From positions 38,936,001-39,000,000 of the forward strand of contig NC_135662.1 of NCBI RefSeq assembly GCF_964188315.1: a DNA stretch of 64,000 bases, given 5' to 3'. Each line of letters begins with the position of its first letter. Within the stretch, counting starts at the first letter, position 1. A program made the position numbers and the translations under genes. A model generated the notes under the pieces. That model searched no databases. It worked only from the letters and a program-made list of their open reading frames with translations, and was not told the DNA's origin. Positions 37,199 through 48,781 of this stretch are shown here, piece by piece. The stretch comes from Podarcis muralis (Eukaryota).

Positions 37199-37445
37199 CA
37201 GTGGTACCTCGGATTAAGAACTTAATTCATTCTGGAGGTCCGTTCTTAACCTGAAACTGTTCTTAACTTGAAGCACCACTTTAGCTAATGGGGCCTCCTG
37301 CTGCCACCACGTGATTTCTGTTCTCATCCTGAAGCAAAGTTCTTAACCCGAGGTACTATTTCTGGGTTAGCGGAGTCTGTAACCTGAAGCGTATGTAACC
37401 TGAAGTGTATGTAACCTGAAGCGTCTGTAACCCGAGGTACCATTG
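37199..37445. mobile_element. Tc1/mariner MITE inside CR1
   Basis: TIRs CAGTGGTACCTCGG / CCGAGGTACCATTG; TA TSD; same family as 36548-36786 in the opposite orientation. Confidence 0.92.
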
Positions 37446-38639
37446 TACCAGGAAAGGTCCTAGAACAGATCTGTATATGAGCACTCAGAAAAGAATGCTG
37501 TGATTACTACAACCCAGCATGGGTTTCTCAAAAACAAGTCATGCCAGACGAATCTCATTTCTTTTTTGATAGAATTACAAGCTTGGTGAATCAGGGGAAT
37601 GCTGGGGATGTAGTGTATCTTGATTTTAGTAAGGCTTTTTGACAAAGTCCCCCGTGATCTTCTTGCAGAGAAGCTGGTAAAATGTAGTCTGAACAATGTA
37701 ACTGTTGGGTGGATTTTTAGCTGGTTGAATGACCAAAACCCAAAGAGTACTCCACTGATGGGGAAAAAAGTGACAAGTGAGACGCTTGCTATTGTTCAAC
37801 GACTTTATAAATGACTTGGAAGAAGGAATTGAGGGGTGCTCATCAAATTTGCAGATGATACCAAAATGGGAGGAGGAGCTCCCATTTCTGTCTGCCGCAG
37901 AAGACAGAATTGGGATTCAAGATGACCTTAACAGATTGGAGAACAAGACCCAAACTAACAAAATGAATTTCACTAGGGAAAAATGTCAGGTTTTAAGCAG
38001 CTGCACAAATATTAAGATGGGGGACCCCTGGCTTGTCAGTAGTACACGTGAAAAGGATCTAGGGGCCTTAATAGACCACAAGATGAACGCGAGTCAACAG
38101 TGTGATGCAGCAACAGCAAAATAAGCTAATGTTCTTTTAGGCTGCATCAACAGAAGTAACAGTAAGAGATCAAGGGAAGTAACAGTACCACTCTTCTACC
38201 TTGGTCAGACCACACCTGAAATGTTGTGTCCAGTTCTGGGCACCACAATTTAAGAAGGATATGGACAAGCTGGAACTTGTGCAGATGATCAAAGTTCTAT
38301 GTTTGTGTACGTGCGCGCGCTGCGGGGAGGGCGAGTGCATTGGAGGTCATTGCGTTACTAAACTTGCCACGGACCAGGCTATATAATTGTTTTATCACAG
38401 CTGCCTGCAAATGCTCTCTTAAAACTCTCCCATTAACCCTCCAATAACGTTAGAAAATAAAAAGAAAAGCGTCCTGTGACGCTGGAAATAAAAGTTGCGT
38501 CTACACAGCGTTCCAACATACCGGCCCAGCACGCTCGCCCTCGCCGCGTCCCCCGCCTCCTCTTTTGGCCAACATTTCCCGCTTCGCGAACGGAGCCTTC
38601 CGGGGACCCGTAGCGTCGTCCTATCTCGGCCGCTGTTGT

Positions 38640-38767
38640 TGTCAGCTGAGCGCAGTCACATGACCGTGAGCCTCGGCTGTCCCTCTTCTGCTTAGCTGCT
38701 GAGTCCGGGTCACCCGTTGCCGCTGCGGATTCCGGGGACTTCATCGCCGGCCTACGAAGCGAAGGAG
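38640..38767 (+). other. ATP6V1H: ATP6V1H non-coding exon 1 (5' boundary approximate)
   Basis: Strong donor GAG|gtaagt at 38767/38768 within the CpG island, upstream of the ATG-containing exon. Confidence 0.75.
38655..38664. promoter_or_regulatory. CLEAR/M-box element (TFEB/TFE3/MITF type)
   Basis: GTCACATGAC versus the CLEAR consensus GTCACGTGAC, at the start of a V-ATPase gene. Confidence 0.7.
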
Positions 38768-39298
38768 GTAAGTGAGGCCTGCAGCCCCGGGAGCGGGACA
38801 GGGGCTGGAGCGGAAGGCCTTGGGGTGGGGCTGGTGGGCACCGGGAAGGGACAGGCGCTGCGCCCGCTTGCCTTCGGGCGAGCATCGCTGGCAAGGAAGC
38901 TGCGCGCTGCCCAGGGGACTCAGCTGGAACTCAGGGAAGGCCGCCTCGTTCTCGCCTCCCGGGCTACCCACGTACCCGCTGCCCGCAAAAGACTCTCAGC
39001 TAGGAAAGCTCTTGCGGATTCCCAGCATCTGTTTAAGCGACGAGTGATTATGCCGCAGGGAAGGTCACAAGCAGAGCAGGGTGGTTCTCTATTATCTCCA
39101 GGCTCTGGTACTTGGGAGGCATTACTGAGGTTCTGGCTTTTGAACCCCCTTGCTGTTGTGGCTAATCCCAGCCTTTGCTAGTCTTGGAATCCATGAATTT
39201 GATTGCTCTGCTGCACTCTCAGCTATTGGGCTAGATGTTCTTTAAGTGGTGCAGAAAAATAAGTGCCAAGATGGAGATGCTGCTGTGCATATTTAAAA

Positions 39299-40905
39299 CA
39301 GTGTTTCCCAACCGGTGTTCCGCGGCACACTAGTGTGCCGCCGGACGTTGCCTAGTGTGCCGTGGGAGTAGTGGCGTAGCGTGGGGGGTGCCAGGGGTGC
39401 CAGTCGCACCGGGCGCAACATCTGCGGGGGGCGCGAGTCCAGAGGGAAGGGACAAGTTCCTTCCTCCGCCGGGCTCCCCGCCGCCACCGCCAGCCTTGCG
39501 CCCTAGCGTGCGCGCCGCTGCGGCTGCGCTCCACTCACTGCTCGCAGGAGGAGCAGCCGCTGCAGCAGCGCTGACACCGCCACCGACGCCTGGCCGGGCA
39601 CGGGCAGCCTCCGCACCCCGACGCCGACGCCATCCCCTTCCCCCTTTTTTTCCAGAGCTGGGGGAGGGGGAGGTTTTAAAAGGGGGTCTTGCATTGGCGA
39701 TCCTGCAGCACTTTGGGCCGCACGACGCGAGCGCGCAGCACGGATCAGCCACGACCCCACCCCGTGCATTTCCCGGGGAAAAGTGCTCCACGTGGGAGGC
39801 GCGTTTCCCCTTCATTCCCTCTCGTGCAAATCCTCCTTGGGTTCCCTCCCCCGTCTTTCCTCTCCCTACCTCACAAAAGCCTCACCTCGTCGCCTCCTCG
39901 CTGCCTCTCGCCTCCGCAGGAGCGTTTCCCTCCGCGGAAGAAGGAGCAGGGCGCTTTTGCAACTTTGCCTTCCCCGCCCCACCACGGAGCACATTTTCCT
40001 CGCCCCCCCAACCCCCGCATGTAGAATAGAAGCCCTCCAGCCTCCACGGTGCACAAACTCTCCCCTCTGCAACGAAGCGCTTTGTTGCATATCTTTGGTG
40101 AGGTTTTTAGGCAGTCTTGGTGCACCTTAAATCAGCGCTAATTGCGCCTGGACGCAGTATTTACTTCTGAGTAGGCCCCCTTCTCCCCCCCCCCCTAGCA
40201 CCTGACGTTGCTATTCGTATCATCAGGTTTGTTTGTTGATAATTTAATTGTTTTAAAAGCATCATGCTAAAGAGCTCTCTCCCACCCCCAGACCCTTGGG
40301 CAAAACAGAAACACACACATACACAAACACAGAGATTGAGCCCTGCAGGTTTTATGAAATGAACGGATTCTGAATGCCTGTTTCAGTGGCTTGTCCGCCT
40401 TAGGCTGCTGGGCCAGACACCTGTTACACGGTGCAGTCCGTAAGCTGTGAGCGCTGCTACCTGCCGCCGAGACCACGTAACGACAGTCTTGAAAGACCTA
40501 CATTGGCTCCCAGTACCTTTCCGAGCACAATTCAAAGTGTTGGTGCTGACCTTTAAAGCCCTAAGCGGTTTCGGTCCAGTATACCTGAAGTAGCGTCTCC
40601 GCCACCATCGTTCAGCCCAGACACTGAGATCCAGTGCCAAGGGCCTTCTGGCAATTCCCTCACTGTGAAAAGTGAGGTTACAGGGAACCAGGCAGAGGGC
40701 CTTCTCGGTAGTGGCGCCCGCCCTGTGGAATGCCCTCCCATCAGACATCAAAGAGATAACCATTACCTTCTATGCTGTTACTATTTTTTTATTTTTTTTT
40801 TACATAAGTAAAAAGTGACTTTTCCCCATCTGGCATGGTGGTGTGCCTCGAGATTTTTTTCATGAAACAAGTGTGCCTTTGCCCAAAAAAGGTTGGGAAA
40901 CACTG
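39299..40905. mobile_element. Composite hAT element with GC-rich cargo and a nested L2 fragment
   Basis: TIRs CAGTGTTTCCCAACC / GGTTGGGAAACACTG; Charlie-type tgtgcc subterminal repeats at both ends; inner TAGTGGCGTAGC MITE head at 39369. TSD not recognisable. Confidence 0.72.
40440..40762 (+). mobile_element. L2 LINE 3' ORF fragment
   Basis: gaaagacctacattggctcccagtacc...gcacaattcaaagtgttggtgctgacctttaaagcccta, same family as 35779-36953. Confidence 0.85.
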
Positions 40906-42229
40906 AAAAAAAGCAAAACAGCACAGGGCCACTCTGATCTCGGGATGGGAATTGTCTAGTTATTTCAGTCTTTCTATAAGAGTTGTTTTTCTGAATCTTG
41001 CTGTCCCTGAGCTTACTGAACCATTAGGTTTTCTCTCACCACTTCGTTAAATGTTTGTGCTCCTTGTAATCATACCAGTATCTTGCTTGGTACTGCTAAT
41101 GACTTTTGGAGTACATATAGGAGAACTTGGGTTGTATGCTAGATTGAAAAATGGTTGTTCAACTGCCTTCATCTGAGGCAAGACTTGATCTTGTTGACAC
41201 TAACATAGAGGGCAGAAGGAAATGTTTCATCCAATAACAGTCATTGCATGTTTCCAGTGGAAAGGAGGAAACAGTTTATATGGTTTTTGTGTGTAGGCAA
41301 ATGGTCCTGATGAAGTTTGAACAGGTTCAGTCAGGCTGAGTTATCTGATGTTTATGGAGAGTTCTGCCCTAACAATGATTTAATGCATTAAAAGCTCAGG
41401 CAGCTTGTTTTGGCATCAGAGTTGGACTAGGCCAGACACCCCCTAAGAAAATAGAAAGCAGAAGTGGTGAAGGTCATTCATTCTGGTATTCAAACTATAC
41501 TTCCATTCTCTCTCTCTTTTTTTAAAAAAAGTGTCACTTTAGGATGATGTTCAGTGCAATCTTGTTCATGCAGCACAGTCTTGTTCATGCTCGAACATGT
41601 GCTTACAGCTAGAAAGTGTGTATAGGGTTGAAAAATTGAAAAGTTACTCCTTAGCTGGAAAGGGGAAGTGACATTGGTTATAGGTCACAGGAAGTAGAAC
41701 TCAAGTTAATTCTTAGCTTCTGGGCAAAATTACTTGCTGCCTGAAACTGAGTTTGGTTAGCAGCCTGAACCTTATTTGGCAACAAATCTACAATCTCAGA
41801 TGTGCAGATCATTTTTGGAACCATGCCCATGTCACATAACACTGAATAGTTTATGATAAATGAAAGGGCATTCTGCACATTTTTTCTTGTGTTGTTGTTG
41901 ATTTATTTACTTACTTACTACTTTTCTAAAATGAATGAGCACTATCAAAGTAAACTATAAAAGTGTGATAAGCCCCACCCATCCTAATACAATAATAAAA
42001 AAAATACCCAGCATCAGAGGAGCTATATCCTACGGGAGGATTTTTTGATTTAATTGTATTAGCTTGGTTGGAATAATTGTTCAAGAAATAAAGAGGTGAA
42101 CAAACTTTTCTAAGTAGAGTGTTCCACAAAGTAGCTGCTACCTGGGGGGGGGGGGGGGAATGGCCCTGAGCCAGAGCTGATAGAATGTGAGAAGTGAGAA
42201 CACTCTTTCTCTCCAGGCTGTCTGTCAAG

Positions 42230-42231
<2 letters not shown>

Positions 42232-42299
<68 letters not shown>
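42232..42299. repeat. Compound (GT)n(GA)n microsatellite
   Basis: Direct sequence. Confidence 0.95.
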
Positions 42300-42301
<2 letters not shown>

Positions 42302-42339
42302 CTAGAGTATGTGTGTTCCTGACTTTGGGATTAGGGATT

Positions 42340-43060
42340 CTTCTGGTTTACTGTCTGTCTCGTTGCCCAGCAGTCTCCCTGGCTGAACTGATAGAGCTGA
42401 TCTTGGAGGTTATGCTGAGGACTCCCAGACTGCTGGTGTTGGGGGACTTCAACATCCATGTTGAAGCTGTCAGCTCTGGGGTGGACCAGGACTCCATGAC
42501 TGCCATTACGACCATGGGGCTGCCCCAACGCTTGTGGCAGGTCACACTCTGGTCCCTGCTTTCTTGGCTGAGCCGGAAGAAGGTGATCTGATATTGACAT
42601 CACTTCCTTGTCGGGTCAGATCACTTCCTGTTGAGATTCAGGCTTTCCATTGCATCCTCATTGTGCTGTCCGACAGAGCTTTTCCTGGTAGGGAAGGGCC
42701 TTTTACAGTCTGGCCCAAAGGAGGTGATAGACCTGATGACAGCTTGCTGTGACTTGTTTGCAAAACATCGCTTACATCCACTGGGATCTTGACTCCACTA
42801 TTACAGCAGATAACCCTTAAGGGGTGTCCAGAGCACTGTCTAGTCCTGTTGTTTTGGATGACTTTCAGTTGGTAAGGCTTGAGGACATTGACCAGGTGCT
42901 TGGATTGGTCAGAAGGCCTGCTTGTACTCTGGACCCCTGCTCCCCCCCATCCCGGCTGATGAAAAACTAGCAGAGAGGGGACAGCTGGCTGGGCCCTGGC
43001 TGGGAATCATTAATTCCTTGTTGTGGGAGGGGGTGGTCCCTCCCTGCCATCTCCTGTATC
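42340..43060 (+). mobile_element. Degraded L2 endonuclease/ORF2 fragments
   Basis: LRTPRLLVLGDFNIHVE is an APE endonuclease motif; SDHFLLRF-like gggtcagatcacttcctgttgag. Confidence 0.7.
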
Positions 43061-43623
43061 ATATAGGTATGGGAAGTTATGTGGATTGCCAAAAAAACCA
43101 GCCTAAGTTTGGATTATAGTTCTGTTTTATTCAAAACTGCTTTATGTATTGCATGGAAATCTTTTCAGAGCTAATCATGTTGTATATATTATTGTAATAT
43201 TTCTGCAACTGTGTGGGCCTTTGACTTAAAAAGAAAATCGTTAGAGGATGTTTGATTCCAAATCAGTGTACAGTCAGGATAGCATAATACATAATTCCTG
43301 GAAAATTGAGGTGTATGCAGAATAGGTTTCAGTGAGCAACTGTAGAAAATAAGCAAATAATAAGGTATGCAAATGCCTGCACCTGGAACAATCCTGTGGA
43401 ATGTACAGACTTGTAAGCCTCATTAATTTCAGTGTTAAAAAGTTAAGTACATGCTTAATTCTTTTTTTAAATCAGTGGGGTTTAAACTTTTGGATGAAGT
43501 ATAGTCACTTCTCATAGGTTTAGCAGCTTTATAAACACAATTTCAAACTCCTGAAATCACTTTGTTCAATGTAAACTGATAGCAGCCTTTATTTTCTTAA
43601 CAGGTTTTGAAATCAACATAAAA

Positions 43624-43727
43624 ATGGATATCCGGGGTGCTGTAGATGCTGCTGTCCCCACCAATATCATTGCTGCCAAAGCTGCCGAGGTTCGAGCCAA
43701 CAAAGTGAATTGGCAGTCATATCTCCA
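43624..43727 (+). CDS. ATP6V1H: ATP6V1H coding exon (exon 2; MDIRGAVDAAVPTNIIAAKAAEVRANKVNWQSYL)
   Basis: Near-identical to the V-ATPase subunit H N-terminus; acceptor taacag| at 43603/43604; donor CA|gtaagt. Confidence 0.98.
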
Positions 43728-44905
43728 GTAAGTTAGTATGAAAAGTATGGCACATAGACTACATGAGGCAATGAAAATTTATCATTGTTTCTTTCATCTA
43801 GAGTTACAAGAGTACACGGAAGTTCTGTATTTTAATACCCAGGAATATACAGGTTCCCAGAAGGAGCATATATCTCTAGGCTTCTAAACTAGTTACAGTT
43901 TTTATGCTCATGGAAGGTCTTGCATGCTGTTAGGAGAACTGGAAAAATACTGAGTTAGTGAAAATTAACTGTTATTACCAGAAATGATATTTTGTTAAAA
44001 CAAATAAGGGTAGGGTTCCATGGATGGATATGATTGATAGAAATATTTTTTCCTAACAGTTTTCATAAACTTTTTCAGAAGTCTGGCAAAGTCCAGGATT
44101 TAAAATGCCAATTTGTTGAGGAATTCCACTATCCTTAAGATTGCTTTCTGCCATTTAACTACATAATTAACTACACACACAAAAGCCTCCTACAGCTCCA
44201 TTGCTCATAAGTGCATGTTGGTTTGTAGAAGAGCTAAATAGAGATCACAAAGAAGAATTTAACCAGCACAAAAGAACATTGCCAGGTCAAAGGGTGGGCT
44301 GGAATGTCTAAATAGTTGAGGCCACATACACTTACAATCCCCCCCCCCCATTTGATTCATTAATTCACAAACAATACCAGTGAAATTTACAGGAAAGCAA
44401 ACACCTAATATTCACCAGGCACTGTGTGACGAAATAATTACAGAATTGGAACAGTATTATATTGTACAATAATAGTAATGAGATTACAGCCTGATCAAAT
44501 TCAATATTGCAAAAAAATAAAATAATGACTGTTACTACTTCATGTGAACAGAAGAACTACACTTCTTGCAAGGAAGAAAAAAAAAAGAATAACATCACTT
44601 AGGACATGTTCTTTATCCCTAATCAGCAGCTGTTTTTCCTCGTGGCCTTGGAATTACGTTGGTCTGCCATTGGAAAGTTGTCAGGGTGTTGGGGAACCGA
44701 AAGATGTAGGACTGCTGTCTAAGAATCTTTATTTATTTATTGTTCCCAGTGTCCAGGATTAGTTACTATTCTGAAATGGTAGGAATGAATATTATCTTGG
44801 AATTTAAAAACATATATTTTTAATAAGGCTTTTTTCTTTGGGCTTGATGATCTTTTCTAAGCAGTCTGCTAATTAACTCTAAATTTAAGGGAAGGTAAAA
44901 TAGTA

Positions 44906-45138
44906 CAGTAGTAGCTCGGATTACATACATTTCATGTTACATACGCTTCATGTTACAGACTCTGCTAACCCAGAAATATTACCTTGGGTTAAGAACTTTG
45001 CTTCAGGATGAGAACAGAAATCGTGCTCTGGCGGAGCAGGAGGCCCCATTAGCTAAAGTGGTGCTTTAGGTTAAGAACAGTTTCAGGTTAAGAACGGACG
45101 TCTGGAACGAATTAAGTACTTAACCCGAGGTACCACTG
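44906..45138. mobile_element. Tc1/mariner MITE
   Basis: CAGTAGTAGCTCGG / CCGAGGTACCACTG; TA TSD. Confidence 0.88.
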
Positions 45139-45229
45139 TACAGTACATTGAAATTCACAATCAATAGATGATTTCCTGTGGCTTACCCAATATGTGTTAA
45201 TGTTACATAGAAATACACTGAATAATTTA

Positions 45230-45865
45230 TTTATTTATAAAAATGTTTATATACCACTGTATCATAAAAAAAATGTCACAGTGGTTTACAACAATGTATA
45301 AACATAAAATGAAACAATAACATTTAAGAACAAGTTAAGAGCAAAAGAGAAATTAAAAACACACATCAATCGACCATTGTGGACGATGTACTCTTAACTG
45401 CCTGCATAGGCCTTCTGGAACCGAAAGGTTTTCAGCAGGCGTTTAAAAGCTGGCACAGAAGGTGCCCACTGAACTATTTGGCAGGATTTCCCGGTGGACT
45501 GGTGGACTGGTGGAAAGTAAAGGCTCAGTTTCTCATTGTTGTCAGATGAGCCACACGAACTCAGGGAATGACCAAAGATGGACCTGTAGATGATCTTGGT
45601 GATCAAGCTGGGATATAAAGTTTCAGGAGATCCCTGACGTATCCTGGATTCAAGTTGTAAATCAATACGTGAACCCTGAACTAGGCTCAGTAGCAGATGG
45701 GCAGCCATTGCAGCTGTTTTAACAATGGTGTCAAGTATTCTTAACCAGCAAGGGTAAAAAGTAATCTGGCTGCTGCAGTCTACATTAGCTGGAGCTTCCA
45801 AAACAGACCCAAGGGTATAAAGACTTGAAAACAGTTTACTCAAAACATGGTCAACTTTATGCTGT
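45230..45865 (-). mobile_element. Degraded L2 LINE 3' fragment
   Basis: Minus strand gives the L2-type end SVPAFKRLLKTFRFQKAY followed by an AT-rich tail. Confidence 0.6.
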
Positions 45866-45936
45866 TCTTGTAGACTGTACAAGAGTATTTGGCCTGATCC
45901 AACAGGCCTGTTCTTAAGTTCTTTTGAAACTAAGTA

Positions 45937-46160
45937 TAATGTTACCTCTGGTTACAAACGCTTCTGGTTACGAATGCTTCAGGTTACAAGCTCCGCTAAC
46001 CCGGAAGTAGCTGCTCCTGGTTGCGAACTTTGCCCCAGGATGCGAACAGAAATCGTGTGCTGGAGGCCCCATTAGTGGAAGCGTGTCTCAGGATAAGAAC
46101 GGTTTCAGCTTAAGAATGGACCTTCGGAACCAATTAAGTTTGTAACAAGAGGTACCACTG
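45937..46160. mobile_element. Tc1/mariner MITE
   Basis: Degenerate left TIR; right TIR GAGGTACCACTG followed by TA. Confidence 0.8.
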
Positions 46161-46544
46161 TAGACCTTTCAAAAGCAGTTTATGATTAGGCATGGAGTTG
46201 GGGTTTACTGCTTCAAGGAAAAAAAAGTCAAAAATTCCATTAGCCTTGGCTCCATAGAAGCTTTTGAATCGTCAAAGATACACTGGGGTCTTCACTGCCC
46301 TTTTCCTTGCAAGATAATGGCTTTGGACAGCATCCATGCTCTTGGGCTAAACACAGTACATGCTCCAAATTTATTTAATATGTTTGGAAAGGGAAGTGTG
46401 CTCACTAAACAGTCACTGTAGGAAATTATTACATTAGCACCTCGGGAAATTTTTTTTTGAACAGCAGGATATATTCTGTTAAATCTACAAGCAGTAAAAC
46501 AATGATAGCACAGGAAGTCTTTAAAGCTTTGTTTTCCTTGCTAG

Positions 46545-46647
46545 AGGGCAGATGATTTCAGCAGAAGACTGTGAATTTATTCAAAGATTCGAGCAGAAAA
46601 GGAGCCCAGAAGAGAAACAAGAATTGATTAAAAATGAAGGCAACCAG
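46545..46647 (+). CDS. ATP6V1H: ATP6V1H exon 3 (GQMISAEDCEFIQRFEQKRSPEEKQELIKNEGNQ)
   Basis: tag|A GGG CAG ATG ... CAG|gtaacc; 103 nt. Confidence 0.98.
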
Positions 46648-46874
46648 GTAACCCAGCATCTCTTTGTGGCAATCTCCTGTTCTAGGAACAGCCAATGTGT
46701 GTGGTTGTTTTGTCTTTGGCATTCTGGTTTTAAAAGTTTGTCATCTATATTTCTGCTTCTGTGCCAGCTTTCCTCATAGATCATTTGTGAAAATGTCCTG
46801 GTGAATTAACCGTATGCCTTCTGCACTTTCTTTCTATCACTGAGTATGATGACAAGAAGCATAAATAATGCAAG

Positions 46875-47371
46875 CCAGAATTGTAGAGTTGAAAGGGACC
46901 CCAAGGGTCATCTAGTCCAACCCCCTGCAATGCAGGAATCTCAACTAAAGCATCCATGGCAGATGGCCATCCAACCTCTGCTGAAAAACCTCCAAGGAAG
47001 GAGAGTCCACAACTTCCTGAGGGAGACCGTTCCATGGTCAATTAGCTCATACTGTTGCAAAGTTTCCCCAATGTTTAGTTGGAATCTCCTGTCTTGTAAC
47101 TTGAAGGCATTGGTTCGAGTCCTACCCTCCAGAGCAGGAGAAATCAAGCTTATTCCCTCTGCCATATGAAAGCCCTTGAGATATATGAAGATGGCTATCA
47201 TATCTCCTCTCAGTCTCCTCTTTTCCAGGCTAAGCATACCCAACTCTGTCAACTGTTAATCATCTTGATTGTCCTCCTCTGCACACGTTCCAGCTTGTCA
47301 ACACCCTTCTTAAATTGTTGTGCCCAGAATTGGACACAGTATTCCAGGTGTGCTTTGCCCAAGGCAGAATA
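46875..47371 (-). mobile_element. CR1 LINE 3' end
   Basis: Minus-strand ELGMLSLEKRRLRGDMIAIF; typical CR1 3' end (agaattgtagagttgaaagggacc on the plus strand). Confidence 0.9.
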
Positions 47372-48011
47372 AATCATGGAAGTTTCACCCGAGTCCATAA
47401 GTCATGTCAGAATGCCTTAGACCGCTGTTTGAATATGCAGTCCTCTTTTTGAGCATTTTATGGGTTCTGCTATTGCAGTCAGATTTTTTTGTGCAACTAA
47501 TCCAAAAGTGTAGTTGAACTGCTTGCCGTTTGCATGCTAGTGTGAATCACACTTGGTGCTTAGAGAATGTGACTTAGGGTGCCATAGAGCACTGGGTTGT
47601 AGCTGGAGAAGGAGTTTAATTACATAGGACAACAGGAGGCTGCCTTATACTGAGCCGCAACATTGGTCCATCTGGATCACTGTTGTCTACACTGACTGGC
47701 AACAGCTCTGCAGGGTTTCAGGCAGAGTTTCCCAGCCTTGCCTGGCAATTTGCCCCCTCCTTTCTTGCAACTCTCTTCTTTCTCTGCCCCACCCCATACT
47801 GTTCCAGAGGGTGCCTTGGCTTTGCAGAGCAGCTTTGGGAGAAGTTGGGGCTGCAGTGAGAAGGAAACAACTCAAAAACCTCCTTGCACGAGCATACTGA
47901 CACTTGTACATCTCTGGCTACAGCCATTGTAAATATTATTTAAAAGTTGCTTGTTAAAGTATAGGCACACATTGTATAAGTACTCCTCTTAATGCAGTAA
48001 TTGTTGTTGGA

Positions 48012-48230
48012 TAGGGTTGCCATATTTTGAAAATGACCTTCCCGGACAGTGCCTGCCCTCTTCCACACTTCGGTGGCATACATGCGTCCCTCCAACTCCT
48101 CCCCCAATAAATACCCCTTCCCCCAAAACCTGGACATTTCAAGTACAGTGCCAAATTCCGCCTGGAGGGGCATACCGCCCCCCCCAAAAAACAGCACATG
48201 TCTGGGAAATTCCGGACATAGGGCAACCCT
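48012..48230. mobile_element. hAT-Tip100-type MITE
   Basis: TIRs TAGGGTTGCC / GGCAACCCT; 8-bp TSD TTGTTGGA. Confidence 0.88.
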
Positions 48231-48691
48231 TTGTTGGAGCGCTCTTCTCCTATTCAGACTAGGAACAAAATCAATCTCCCCCACTCCCATATTAGTTAGT
48301 TTCGAAAAGTATAACGGGCAGTTTTGCACATTTTTGTTGAAGTTAGTGAGGCTCAGCTTTATTTTATGGGATTGTGTCTTGTTCTCTTAATCTGTGGCCT
48401 TGTGTCCGCAGGGCATGCATTAAACACAGCATACCTTTATATTCTAGAGGAAACAGTCAAGAGCCCATTGCCAAATTCTGTTTGGACTGTTGATTAAATG
48501 AATGTAGCCGGTGCAATAGTAGTAGGCTGGGGAGGAGTTTCCCAATACTTGTGTTTATTACAGTGAAGCAACTTTGGATTGTTTCAGTGTTCCTCACACA
48601 GGCTGTGCTTGCAAAATTGCCAAATGAAAATAAGAATGAAAACACTTGCGAATAATTCTAACTTTCTTTGGATTACTTCTTTCCTCCCTAG

Positions 48692-48781
48692 TGCGCTAAA
48701 ACGTTCATAAACCTCATGACTCACATCTCCAAGGAACAAACGGTTCAGTACATTTTAACAATGGTGGATGATATGCTGCAG
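48692..48781 (+). CDS. ATP6V1H: ATP6V1H exon 4 ([30 protein letters not shown])
   Basis: tag| ... CAG|gtaagt; 90 nt. Confidence 0.98.

Larger units (their letters stand above)
35640..38290 (+). mobile_element. Degraded CR1 LINE (RT region) hosting nested insertions
   Basis: CR1 RT-like peptides FDKVPRDLLAEKLVK and FINDLEEGIEG, plus cagttctgggcaccacaatttaagaagg; sequence is continuous across the inserts. Confidence 0.85.
38300..39060 (+). promoter_or_regulatory. ATP6V1H: ATP6V1H CpG-island promoter
   Basis: CpG-rich block around non-coding exon 1; contains GTCACATGAC at 38655-38664. Confidence 0.85.

Noticed and set aside
38433-40130. Long ORFs around the ATP6V1H promoter (153, 154, 161, 224 aa)
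   Set aside because: GC-rich chance ORFs spanning promoter, intron and TE boundaries.
43604-43626. Loss of the human MTK N-terminal residues of ATP6V1H
   Set aside because: The MDIRG start has good context and, as I recall, is also the start in fish; a trivial difference.
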